A stretch of DNA of 63,233 bases, the filler included, from Octopus bimaculoides (taxonomy: Eukaryota): assembly GCF_001194135.2 (NCBI RefSeq). It is 4 parts of 3 records of this genome, joined end to end, with 100 filler letters (N's around TTAATTAATTAA, not from the genome) between each part and the next. Parts side by side here need not be neighbours in the genome. Positions count along the whole stretch, not along the records: positions 26,379 to 57,628 come from NC_069006.1; 3 more parts are not named here. One strand, 5' to 3'. The translations under genes and the position numbers were made by a program. The notes below the pieces were generated by a model, which saw nothing but the letters and a program-made list of their open reading frames with translations, was not told where the DNA came from and searched no databases. Below, one piece after another: positions 26,555-38,930 of this stretch (its first letter is position 1; each line of letters begins with the position of its first letter).

Positions 26555-26860
26555 ACTAAACGCTGACTGCTGCCTCCTTCAGTGTCTGGCCCCAGTGAGC
26601 ATCATCTTCCAGTAGTCCATGTTTGGCGCAGGCTTCTCTGTAGGTCGTGCAGACTTCCCCATTGTGTTTTCGAAGGTCTGACAGTGTGCAGCAGTAGACG
26701 GGCACGATCTACCTGTTGTCAATTTCCATCCCTTGACCATTAACTTTGAGTTTGGTAGCGTTTCCACCATCTTCTGGTTTTCGGCGCCTGTAGAGTGGGC
26801 GACCGTCATGTCCCGTATGTGCCTCGTGGATAAATTCCCTGGGGAATCGTTTGATGCAAA
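26555..26860 (-). mobile_element. Helitron RepHel fragment with an internal deletion
   Basis: CIKRFPREFIHEAHTGHDGRPLYRRRKPEDGG...EIDNR*IVP joined to DLRKHNGEVCTTYREACAKHGLLEDDAHWGQTLKEAA; both are characteristic RepHel segments. Confidence 0.85.
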
Positions 26861-27851
26861 GGAAAATGAATGGGTTATTTTCTTTGGCTGTTCAAGGAAA
26901 ATATGTGTTATATATGTGGACCCTTCTATTGAATTCCCTATTTTTGAAAACCTCTATTCCGTGTAATTTATTGTATTACGACTAAAATGAAAGTAAAATC
27001 TCTCCTATAATCACTCATTCACTTTGGGACAAACAAACTCACTCACTCACTCTCTATTCAACACAACCACATTTGTATGAGAACGATAAGATAAAACACA
27101 CACACAAAACCTAATTATTATATAACAAGTAGCACTAGAGATATAATACGATATCACTTTTAATATTGACGTGGTATCAATCGACAAATAGGGGTTAATC
27201 CTACTCCTATAATCTAGAACACTTCACGGCCTACTTGAGAAGATATGAAAGACGCCAGCTCAACATGGATACAGCCACTGTACACTAAGATTGCGTCATA
27301 AAAAAAACTACCGCCTTCATAGGCGATTACGATGTTTGAAAGAGGTTAATTATAAAAGCAAATAAACTCCAGCTTTTGATGACTAAATGCATGTTTGTCC
27401 CGTGTCTGACCTCACGTTCACCAATTTTTAGATATGGAACAGGCAACAGGTTTGCCCTGAGCAATCTGTCTCGTGTCTTACGTCACGTCCGCCAAAACTT
27501 GAGACATGAAGAAGCAGGTAACAGGTTTGTTCTGAGCACCTGAGTGTCATTATCGGTTAAACAGCAAATGAATATGGAGGGAAATGGTGGGAGAGAACTA
27601 CTTTGAGTGCCTGTATAACTGTCTGTTTGCAGATACCACAACATTGCTGTCGGAGTTAGTTTGTCTACCAGCCGACGAATACGGTCGATAACCTATCTCC
27701 TCATCATTGTGCAAAGACCTTTGTTAATATTTATTTCAATAAAATAATATTCGTAGACGTCATAAAAATTTATAAACTTCGGGAGGATGTGAAATAATTC
27801 TTTCTTTGAAATGGTGTATCTAGAAGCAAATAACGCTATAAATAATAGCTT

Positions 27852-28214
27852 CAAATTTCGACACAAAGCCAACAATTTCGGGGAAGGAATTAGTCGATTA
27901 CATCGCCCCCCAGTGCTCAACTGGGACTTATTTTATCGACCTCGAAAGGATGAAAGGCAAAATCAACCTATGCGGGATTTGAACTCAGAACGCAGCGACA
28001 GACGAAATACCTATTGCTTTACTGCCCACAAGGGGTTATACACAGAGGGGACAAACAAGGACAGACAAACAGATTAAGTCGATTATATCGACCCCGGTGC
28101 GTAACTGGTATTTATTTAATCGACCCCGAAAGGATCAAAGGCAAAGTCGACCTCGGCGGAATTTGAACTCAGAACGCAGCGACAGACGAAATACCTATTG
28201 CTTTACTGCCCACA
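27852..28214 (-). repeat. SINE copy running into a 184-bp tandem unit
   Basis: gacgaaatacctattgctttactgcccaca occurs at 28001 and 28185 (period 184); the array is cut by the gap at 28215. Confidence 0.85.
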
Positions 28215-28606
28215 NNNNNNNNNNNNNNNNNNNNNNNNNNNNNNNNNNNNNNNNNNNNNNNNNNNNNNNNNNNNNNNNNNNNNNNNNNNNNNNNNNNNNN
28301 NNNNNNNNNNNNNNNNNNNNNNNNNNNNNNNNNNNNNNNNNNNNNNNNNNNNNNNNNNNNNNNNNNNNNNNNNNNNNNNNNNNNNNNNNNNNNNNNNNNN
28401 NNNNNNNNNNNNNNNNNNNNNNNNNNNNNNNNNNNNNNNNNNNNNNNNNNNNNNNNNNNNNNNNNNNNNNNNNNNNNNNNNNNNNNNNNNNNNNNNNNNN
28501 NNNNNNNNNNNNNNNNNNNNNNNNNNNNNNNNNNNNNNNNNNNNNNNNNNNNNNNNNNNNNNNNNNNNNNNNNNNNNNNNNNNNNNNNNNNNNNNAGATA
28601 CATGTA

Positions 28607-28775
28607 TAGGGTGCGATGGGTAAATTGTCGTCATTTTATATTTTTATTTCGCGCATGCGTATTACTTGTTTTTGACTTTGTCGACTACACTGTATAGTAG
28701 GGTCAGTTGGGCACCGTCTGTGAGAAAAACAGCACCATGACGCAATTCACTCAGCAGAAATTAAATAAAATTTGT
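28607..28775 (+). mobile_element. Probable 5' end of a Tc1/mariner-type element
   Basis: TA-adjacent tagggtgcgatgggtaaattgtcg leader and an ATG at 28737 (MTQFT). Recognised from memory only; no second TIR. Confidence 0.4.
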
Positions 28776-28788
28776 CTAGAGTGAGAGA

Positions 28789-28835
<47 letters not shown>

Positions 28836-29150
28836 TCAGACAGACAAACAGAGGGGAGAGAAAGAGAGAGGAGGAAACCGGATTTTAAAGCTTAATATTT
28901 TTTTAGATTTTGCGTTTATGTCAAAGTTTTGCTCATTGCATGAAATTTTATTCTGTAGCAATATAGAGTATATCAGGGGAGAGAACTCTATAATAGAAAC
29001 TGTATTTTGATAATGTTTAGAAAACAGACGATCGCTCGTTTCCAGAAATCTGTTTACGTACAAGAAAGGAAGTTGCATTATTCACGTTGTTTCGGAGAGT
29101 AATAATAATAATAATAATAACAATAAAAATAATAATAATCATTATAATAA

Positions 29151-29368
29151 TTTCTACTATAGGCACAAGGCCTGGATTTCATGAGGAGTGTGTAAGTCAA
29201 TCAAATCGACCCCAGTACTCAGTACTCAACTGGTACTTAATTTCTCGACCCCGAGAGGATAAAAGCCAAAGTCGACTTGAGCGGAATTTGAACTCAGAAC
29301 GTAGCGACGGGCGAAATAACGTTAAGCATTTCGTCCAGCGTGCTAACGATTCTGCCAGCTCGCCGGCT

Positions 29369-29406
<38 letters not shown>

Positions 29407-29622
29407 ACGGTCCTTTCTACTAAAGGCACAAGGCATGAAATTTGTGGGGAGGGCGTAAGTCGATTACATCGACCCCAGTACTTGACTGGTACTTAATTTA
29501 TCGACTCCGACAGGATGAACGCAAAGTCGACCTTGGCGGAATTTGAACTCAGAACGTAACGGCAGACGAAATACCGACAAGCATTTCGCCCGGCGTGCTA
29601 ACGTTTCTACCAGCTCACCGCC
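29151..29622 (-). mobile_element. Two tandem family A SINEs separated by (TAG)n
   Basis: Copies at 29151-29367 and 29411-29622, each with head, B box and core. Confidence 0.88.
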
Positions 29623-29636
29623 TATCTATCTATCTG

Positions 29637-29676
<40 letters not shown>

Positions 29677-31932
29677 CAGCATTTTAGCTGCTATTTCTGA
29701 ACTTCGGTATGTGGTGAAGCAACTTGTTGCTGATCCCTTAATTTTGTTTATAAATGTATAAGAACTTTTAAATAAGTTCCTCACCGATAATGGTGCTTAC
29801 ATACCGAAGGGCTTGGTAAAAATTGTTAATTGTTAATTGTTAATNNNNNNNNNNNNNNNNNNNNNNNNNNNNNNNNNNNNNNNNNNNNNNNNNNNNNNNN
29901 NNNNNNNNNNNNNNNNNNNNNNNNNNNNNNNNNNNNNNNNNNNNNNNNNNNNNNNNNNNNNNNNNNNNNNNNNNNNNNNNNNNNNNNNNNNNNNNNNNNN
30001 NNNNNNNNNNNNNNNNNNNNNNNNNNNNNNNNNNNNNNNNNNNNNNNNNNNNNNNNNNNNNNNNNNNNNNNNNNNNNNNNNNNNNNNNNNNNNNNNNNNN
30101 NNNNNNNNNNNNNNNNNNNNNNNNNNNNNNNNNNNNNNNNNNNNNNNNNNNNNNNNNNNNNNNNNNNNNNNNNNNNNNNNNNNNNNNNNNNNNNNNNNNN
30201 NNNNNNNNNNNNNNNNNNNNNNNNNNNNNNNNNNNNNNNNNNNNNNNNNNNNNNNNNNNNNNNNNNNNNNNNNNNNNNNNNNNNNNNNNNNNNNNNNNNN
30301 NNNNNNNNNNNNNNNNNNNNNNNNNNNNNNNNNNNNNNNNNNNNNNNNNNGAGTTATTTCCCTTGAAAGACTATTATATCCTATCGTTAACAAACTCTAT
30401 TTCAAATGTGTTTTTTATTGTGATTCTTGTCACATGTGTGTAAAAGTGAAGGTCCGAATATCACTGTCATTGCCTAAGCAGTCGTCGTCTGCATCGTCAG
30501 CGTTGCCGTCGTAATCATCGTCGTCGTCATTCTCGTCTTTTTGTCTTTTGATGAGTCGCCGGAATTCTGGTTTGAGCACCCTCAGTGAAGAGGCTCCTGG
30601 CTTAGTGGTTAGGGTATTCGGTTCACGACCGTAAGGTCTTGAGTTCGATTCCCAGCGAGCAAGACGCTTTATTTCACGTTGCTCCAGTCCACTCAACTGG
30701 CAAAAATGCGATGTACCTGTAATTTCAAAGGGCCAGCGTTGGCACGCTCTGTGTCACGCTGAATCTCCCTGAGAACTACGTTAAGGGCACACGTGTCTGT
30801 AGGTTGTTCCGTTGATCTTATGAACTGGAACCTTCGTCGTCGTAACCGACGGAGTACCATTAAGAATAACCGCACAACACGGGAGTTCATACGATTATAC
30901 TCTTCTACTCTTTTATGTATTTTAGTCATTTGACTGCGGCCATGCTAGAGCACCGCCTTTAGTCGAACAAATCGACCCCAAGACTTATTCTTTGTAAGCC
31001 TAGTTCTTATTCTATCGATGTTTTTTGCCGAACTGTCAATTTTCGGGAACATAAACACACCAACATCGGTTGTCAAGCGATGGTGGGCGGACAAACACAG
31101 ATACAAATGTACACACACATAAATATATACGTATATATACACACGGCGGGCTTCTTTCAGNNNNNNNNNNNNNNNNNNNNNNNNNNNNNNNNNNNNNNNN
31201 NNNNNNNNNNNNNNNNNNNNNNNNNNNNNNNNNNNNNNNNNNNNNNNNNNNNNNNNNNNNNNNNNNNNNNNNNNNNNNNNNNNNNNNNNNNNNNNNNNNN
31301 NNNNNNNNNNNNNNNNNNNNNNNNNNNNNNNNNNNNNNNNNNNNNNNNNNNNNNNNNNNNNNNNNNNNNNNNNNNNNNNNNNNNNNNNNNNNNNNNNNNN
31401 NNNNNNNNNNNNNNNNNNNNNNNNNNNNNNNNNNNNNNNNNNNNNNNNNNNNNNNNNNNNNNNNNNNNNNNNNNNNNNNNNNNNNNNNNNNNNNNNNNNN
31501 NNNNNNNNNNNNNNNNNNNNNNNNNNNNNNNNNNNNNNNNNNNNNNNNNNNNNNNNNNNNNNNNNNNNNNNNNNNNNNNNNNNNNNNNNNNNNNNNNNNN
31601 NNNNNNNNNNNNNNNNNNNNNNNNNNNNNNNNNNNNNNNNNNNNNNNNNNNNNNNNNNNNNNNNNNNNNNNNNNNNNNNNNNNNNNNNNNNNNNNNNNNN
31701 NNNNNNNNNNNNNNNNNNNNNNNNNGGGGGGGGGGGAATACATACACCATAGAAACAGGGAAACCGGGCCCATGAGCCTGGCTAGGCTTTAAAAGGGCGC
31801 ATAAATAAATAAAAAATGAATACAATATCTAGGCCAGCTAGAAATAACAGCCATCTCGCCCTGAAATGATACCTTAAAATCTTGAACAAGAAACGACACA
31901 TCAGATAATGTTGTCGGCATACACTATAGTTA

Positions 31933-32295
31933 CGAGGGGGTAACAAAAAGTTCTCGGACTAGTTCTGTAGTGCGCCAACAAATGGCAGCACATGGTTGCG
32001 TGCGCAGTGAGGGCTAGCAGTGACCTTCATGAGGCAGTGTGGCGAGTGACATCGTTGGGGTTACTTCGCATGTTGTGAAATTTGTGTTTTTGTGATGAAG
32101 TGTGTGTTGTAGTCTACGATTTTGTCATGGATAGGGACCAAAAAAACCAACGCGAAATTTTGCATTGAACTTGGGAGGTCTGCAATGGAGACATTGAGGA
32201 TGCTTCGAAAAGCTTTCGGCGTCGAGGCAATTGGTCGTACGCAATGTTTCGAGTGGCATGGGCACTTCAAAAGCGAAAGAACGTCCCTGGAAGTA
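31933..32295 (+). mobile_element. 5' end of a mariner element (TIR and N-terminal HTH)
   Basis: TA|cgagggggtaacaaaaagttc, then frameshifted MDRDQK/NAKFCIELGRSAMETLRMLRKAFGVEAIGRTQCFEWHGHFKSERTSLE. Confidence 0.85.
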
Positions 32296-32305
32296 CACTG
32301 AAACG

Positions 32306-32342
<37 letters not shown>

Positions 32343-32505
32343 CAACAACAACAACAACAGCAGCTACAACACACACACTATCTATCTATTTGTCTGTCTG
32401 TCTGTCTGTCTGCCTGTCTATCTATCTACTTCACTCATCTCTCTCTATAAACATATGCTTATATATATTTATATTATACATACGTATAACATATATACAC
32501 ATACA

Positions 32506-32541
<36 letters not shown>

Positions 32542-33515
32542 NNNNNNNNNNNNNNNNNNNNNNNNNNNNNNNNNNNNNNNNNNNNNNNNNNNNNNNNNNN
32601 NNNNNNNNNNNNNNNNNNNNNNNNNNNNNNNNNNNAAACAAATAGTAAATGAGTACATGCATATATACGTACAGGTATGTGCATACCGACATCCACCTGT
32701 ATGTATAGGTGCATATCTGGGTACAAGACATTGCAAACAAAACGTAGACGAGAAAACACACAAGCCACATAGAGAACATTCTTCTTCATCAGCTACTCCC
32801 GTTTTAACACCGGCGTTTCGAAGAGAGGGGGAAAGTAAGCAGAAAAATAAGAGAAAATGCACATTGGAAATCAAAAAGAAGGTAGGAATAAAGGTAATAA
32901 AAGTCATTATTGTGAGATATTAAAGAGATTTACAAACATACCGGTTTCGTGATATTACTCGTCATTGCTTTGAGTGTACACCGAATTCTGAACGGTGTCA
33001 AGTCTATTAGTCCCTTAGTAAAAAGATTATGTGTAAGGGAGGTAAGTAGTTCTGGATTTGTGTAATTAGGGTAGATCTGGATTTGTAGGGTGAATGGTGT
33101 ATGTGATGTATGGGGGTTAGTGATATTAAATGGAAGATTAGTGGTGTTCTATATTATGTTATGTGTTTATATTTAGTTGAGGAAGATATTTATTAATGAA
33201 AATTGCCTCTTATAGAAAGGTGTGCGAGGAATCTTAATCCTAATTTCCTAATTTTTCCCTTCTATCAATGTTCACAGAACACATCAACACAACAAAGAAT
33301 GAACAATGAAATACATTCAATCTAATACATTCACTGTTTACGTTCTTTTGACTTTTGATTGCTCTTTTTTTCCTGTTTTTTTAATCTTCGATTTGATTTG
33401 CGCACACGTCGTCGTCATCGTCGTCGTTGTCAAAGCCATCGTTGTCGTCAACTTCCTCGTCACCTTTATTGTTGTCACCTTCAACATCATCGTCGCTTTC
33501 GTCGTTGTTGTCGCC

Positions 33516-33575
33516 GTCTTCGCCGTCGTCTTCGCCGTCGTCTTCGCCGTCGTCTTCGCCGTCGTCTTCGCCGTC
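33516..33575. repeat. 12-bp minisatellite (gtcttcgccgtc)x5 within a degenerate (GTC)n tract
   Basis: Five exact copies inside the low-complexity tract 33405-33740. Confidence 0.92.
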
Positions 33576-34695
33576 GCCGTCATTTTCATTATCGTTGTCA
33601 TTGTCAATTCGTCTGGTCATCAGGTCGTCATCTTCACCGTTGCCATCACGCTGGCGCCATCGCCTTCCTCATCATAACCGTCACCTTTCTCTTCTTCTTC
33701 GTCGTCTTCGTCGCTGTCGCCGGGGCCATCGTCGTCTTTATCGTTCCTCTTTCTTCCCTAATTACTTTTCTAAACAAATGAAATCTTTAGAAAATTAAAA
33801 GTTGAAAAGCGTTTAATAACATGCTAACTTGTTGTACTTCATTGTACTTCATTGTGCTCCAAACAATTCCCCATTCCAACACAGAATTAATTACTTGGAA
33901 CGAGAGAAAGAAATGGATGGGTTTCATGTCTTCTGATTATCAGTCACCATTCACAGGTTTCATTTACAAAGTTCACCATTTGTTAATTACCAGAAAGACG
34001 TGTGTTATTCGTGGCTATTATTAATTACACATCAACTATGTGCGTATTATTTTGCTACTAAGAAAGTCTCAGTCACAGGCTTTAATTAAGATTTTAATAA
34101 AACAGACTTGCACGATTGCCTTAAGGTACGTTGCAATACAACGAAGAGAGAGAAAATGCTGATGAATTGTCAAACTGCTATGAAACCACTTGGTTCAATA
34201 ATCAATTCAAACTCGTGGAAACTAATTTTACAGTGAAACGAATATTTGGCTGAGTGATTAAGAAGCTTGCTTGTGACAAGCGAGTTTCATATTAACTCCT
34301 ATTTTACGGGCACCTTCGACAAGTGTCTTGTACTGTGGTCCCGGGCCGACTAATGCCACCTTGTGAGACAATTTGATAAGCAGAAACTGTATAGAAGCTT
34401 ATTTGTTTAAGGGCATTACTATACATGAATGCCTTACGCTAAGGTGGTCAAACTACCATAATAAACACATTTTTACCGAACGCGAGGAAATGCAACTAAA
34501 TGCAAATAAATATATTTTTGGGAATAAATGATGGATTTTTCCCTTATGTGGGTTTTTTTTTTCAAATACTTCGTGCAAGACCAAAAATATGGCACCATAG
34601 TCATAACATCAGCTTGAACTTCTAACTTGTTGTCCCTTGAGGTCTCTGGATGAGACTTAGAGTCGACTTGTTCAAATACAAAGCAAAAGCCAAAC

Positions 34696-34739
<44 letters not shown>

Positions 34740-36056
34740 NNNNNNNNNNNNNNNNNNNNNNNNNNNNNNNNNNNNNNNNNNNNNNNNNNNNNNNNNNNNN
34801 NNNNNNNNNNNNNNNNNNNNNNNNNNNNNNNNNNNNNNNNNNNNNNNNNNNNNNNNNNNNNNNNNNNNNNNNNNNNNNNNNNNNNNNNNNNNNNNNNNNN
34901 NNNNNNNNNNNNNNNNNNNNNNNNNNNNNNNNNNNNNNNNNNNNNNNNNNNNNNNNNNNNNNNNNNNNNNNNNNNNNNNNNNNNNNNNNNNNNNNNNNNN
35001 NNNNNNNNNNNNNNNNNNNNNNNNNNNNNNNNNNNNNNNNNNNNNNNNNNNNNNNNNNNNNNNNNNNNNNNNNNNNNNNNNNNNNNNNNNNNNNNNNNNN
35101 NNNNNNNNNNNNNNNNNNNNNNNNNNNNNNNNNNNNNNNNNNNNNNNNNNNNNNNNNNNNNNNNNNNNNNNNNNNNNNNNNNNNNNNNNNNNNNNNNNNN
35201 NNNNNNNNNNNNNNNNNNNNNNNNNNNNNNNNNNNNNNNNNNNNNNNNNNNNNNNNNNNNNNNNNNNNNNNNNNNNNNNNNNNNNNNNNNNNNNNNNNNN
35301 NNNNNNNNNNNNNNNNNNNNNNNNNNNNNNNNNNNNNNNNNNNNNNNNNNNNNNNNNNNNNNNNNNNNNNNNNNNNNNNNNNNNNNNNNNNNNNNNNNNN
35401 NNNNGGAAAGGGATATTTTCATGGAATCCTCCATCCTCCATTTGTAAAGAGAAAATACAACTGACATTTCAAGATGGTTTTTTTTTTAAATAACTTTTTT
35501 TATTTTTGTATTTTTATTTTTCAGAAATATATGATGTTGGAATCAAAATTAATACGTAGGAAAGTTCTTGTGAAAAATCCGTAAAATCTCTCTGACATAT
35601 TCGATTCTCATCTGAAATATTATAAATCATATCAATTTAATAAGAACTTTACGGCTCTTTTCCCTTCCAGTTTTGTCTTCATCCAGTATCACTTTTATGA
35701 GTTTCATTATCATTGATGTCTACTAAAAAGAACATAAACGAATATCTATTGATTACTTTTCGATATTATAGATTCTGGTTAACAAACGCTTTCGTTCATA
35801 ACTTACCAGACCATCGAATATATTAGAAAGATATAAATTTCCAACCGTTGTAAGACTTTTCTCCAGTGACTAATATGGCGACACGATTTTACATTTCCAT
35901 CTTATAAGCAGTTTAACCTTTAACTTTGTTTGCTTCTTATCTTCGTTTTAATTCCACTTTCGCCCAGTCTGTCTCGTTTTTCTCTAGCATTCACGTTCGT
36001 TCTCTATCATTCTCTTTCTCTCGTTCACTCTCTGTCTGTTTGTCTGCCTCTCTCTC

Positions 36057-36099
<43 letters not shown>

Positions 36100-37911
36100 C
36101 TTAATCTATTTATCTACCTTTCTCGTTAATGCTAAGACGTAATCGTACAAAACATCGTACAATCGAACTGATTTCGGATCTTTTAGAGTTCTTCTAACTC
36201 GGTTCTAAGCTAACACACTTTTAGAAAATTAATAACTTCCTTCNNNNNNNNNNNNNNNNNNNNNNNNNNNNNNNNNNNNNNNNNNNNNNNNNNNNNNNNN
36301 NNNNNNNNNNNNNNNNNNNNNNNNNNNNNNNNNNNNNNNNNNNNNNNNNNNNNNNNNNNNNNNNNNNNNNNNNNNNNNNNNNNNNNNNNNNNNNNNNNNN
36401 NNNNNNNNNNNNNNNNNNNNNNNNNNNNNNNNNNNNNNNNNNNNNNNNNNNNNNNNNNNNNNNNNNNNNNNNNNNNNNNNNNNNNNNNNNNNNNNNNNNN
36501 NNNNNNNNNNNNNNNNNNNNNNNNNNNNNNNNNNNNNNNNNNNNNNNNNNNNNNNNNNNNNNNNNNNNNNNNNNNNNNNNNNNNNNNNNNNNNNNNNNNN
36601 NNNNNNNNNNNNNNNNNNNNNNNNNNNNNNNNNNNNNNNNNNNNNNNNNNNNNNNNNNNNNNNNNNNNNNNNNNNNNNNNNNNNNNNNNNNNNNNNNNNN
36701 NNNNNNNNNNNNNNNNNNNNNNNNNNNNNNNNNNNNNNNNNNNNNNNNNNNNNNNNNNNNNNNNNNNNNNNNNNNNNNNNNNNNNNNNNNNNNNNNNNNN
36801 NNNNNNNNNNNNNNNNNNNNTTGCTATATGCTGTAGCCAGTGGGAGCATCAAGTACCCGTTTGTATCCTATCTCAAGCATTCCGTAACAATAATCCGTCG
36901 TCCTCGGTTATTTCATAACTCGATATCGAATATTCCATGGTATTATCCGTAAATACGTAAGTTTCCAAAGTAGATTCCGAGAAATGTCAGGTTGCCATAA
37001 AAAAAAATTCTGGGATTCGTACGGTAGAGTGTCATAAATAAAGTTTTGGTCCAGTGATAGAACGTCTGTTATGTTTACAAACGATATGGGTTCGAGTCCC
37101 ACAAGCAGCGTCGGTCATTTTTCTATCCAAAATGTTTCTTTTTTAACTCAATATTTACATACTATTATTTATAGCTGTAATCACTTTGAGTTCTACAGTT
37201 AAAAACGAATTATTTCACGTTCTCTCGAAGTTTCTAAATTCATATGACGTTCCATTTAAAACTGTTTTAATGTATTTAAAAAAAAAAATTTTTGGATAAC
37301 AGTACTGGGGTTGTCCATTAAATATAATTAGTTCACACTGTACTTCATACAATAACCAGAAAATTCAAATCTTAAATGTTCGCAATATTCGGGGTTAGGG
37401 AATTAAAGTGTTAAAATTCTCCATCACTGTATTTTACTGTATCGATTCTATCAATACTACTAAAGTTGGGAGTGTCCAGTGCTCCCCACTTCGAGTCATT
37501 GACATCATTCCGTAGTCTCGGGTTCGATTCTTGGCCAGGTTTAAAGAAGAACTACGCAGTATTCGCTGGATATATTTGGACAGAAGGTGATGGACGGCAC
37601 GTATTTGAAATCTAAAGATCCATTCTAATATTGGCGGCAGGAATAACCCTTGGATGGATACTTCTGAATTCGTCCTTGGTAGAACATTATATATATGTAC
37701 ATTTGGCTGAGGTGTAAATGTGCTTCTGTTTATGTGCGTGTGTATATATGTGTGTGTGTGTGTTCATAAGAATCAATACGATTCTGTGTGTACGTGTGTG
37801 TGTGTGTGTGTTTGTATGTGTTAATATGTTTATGTGAGTGCAAATTTGGTTATACGAAAGTGTGTAAATGTATATTTGCATGTAGGCGACGCACAGCTTC
37901 AGACATACGCT

Positions 37912-37942
<31 letters not shown>

Positions 37943-38063
37943 GAATAATTATATTCTTGGGAATAGAAATTTCCCTTATGAATTTTTTTACACACTGGCT
38001 TCTTGATAAAATTCTTGTAAAAGATTTTTTTATCCCTTTTTGAATTTATTAATCAAATATATG

Positions 38064-38094
<31 letters not shown>

Positions 38095-38567
38095 ATAAGG
38101 TTAGTTGAATTAGAGGTTAAAATAACCGTCTAAGGGTTAAACGTACCATTATACTACTGGTATATTACCTGTTTAACCACGGGCATACATATACAAGCAT
38201 ATTATGCTTATGAATTATAGGTAAAGACAAGGATAAACAGGAGTTTCTCAGGAATCAAAATTTAAAGAAAACAGGAAATGGAGAAATATTAATGAACATC
38301 AATTGACTTACATTAATTATTATTTATTAATTCAATTCATAGATGTAACTCAATTGTTGTTCATCAATATTTTTCAGTTTTTTTGTTTTCTTTATATATA
38401 AATGTGTGTGTGTGTATGTGTGTATGTGTGTGTGTGTGTACAAATACATACAGATACGTTTTACAGAAACACAAAACTAAAATGATTGCATACATGAACA
38501 GGTTTTTTTTTTTAATCGATGAACTTTTTTCTTTATTATTTAAAATGAATAAATTAAAACTTAACGA

Positions 38568-38930
38568 CAGGCGTGGCTGTGTGGTTCGGGTTTCAGTCCC
38601 ACTATGTGGCACCTTTGGGCAAGTGTCTCCTACTATAGCCTCGGGATATGTGGCTGGAATTGTTAGTCGGAAACTGAAAGAAATCCGTTGTATAAATGTA
38701 TACGTATATATCTATGTGTTTGTGTTAGACCCATCCCAGCGGCTTGGCAACCGGTGCTGGTTTGTTTATGTCCCCATAATCAAGCGGTTCGGCAGAAGAA
38801 AGACCGATAAAATGAATGCCAAGCTTAGAATAAAATAACAAAGTACTGGGGTCGATTTTCTTTCGATTGAACACTTCAAGGCGGTGCTCCAGCATGGCCG
38901 TACTCCATTGACTGAAATAAGTGAAAGATG
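38568..38930 (+). mobile_element. tRNA-derived SINE, family C (bipartite with an internal microsatellite)
   Basis: Head ggcgtggctgtgtgg...ttcagtcccact and tail ggcggtgctccagcatggcc...gactgaaa. Other copies or halves at about 1975-2325, 3765-3985, 6862-7025, 8800-9060, 11325-11525, 19305-19640, 30905-31160, 39722-40130, 44285-44440, 50740-50905 and 51692-51835. Confidence 0.85.

Noticed and set aside
33306-33798. Asp/Glu-rich, Thr-rich and Arg-rich ORFs
   Set aside because: All frames are open because of a (GTC)n tract and a 12-bp minisatellite; no splice or domain evidence.
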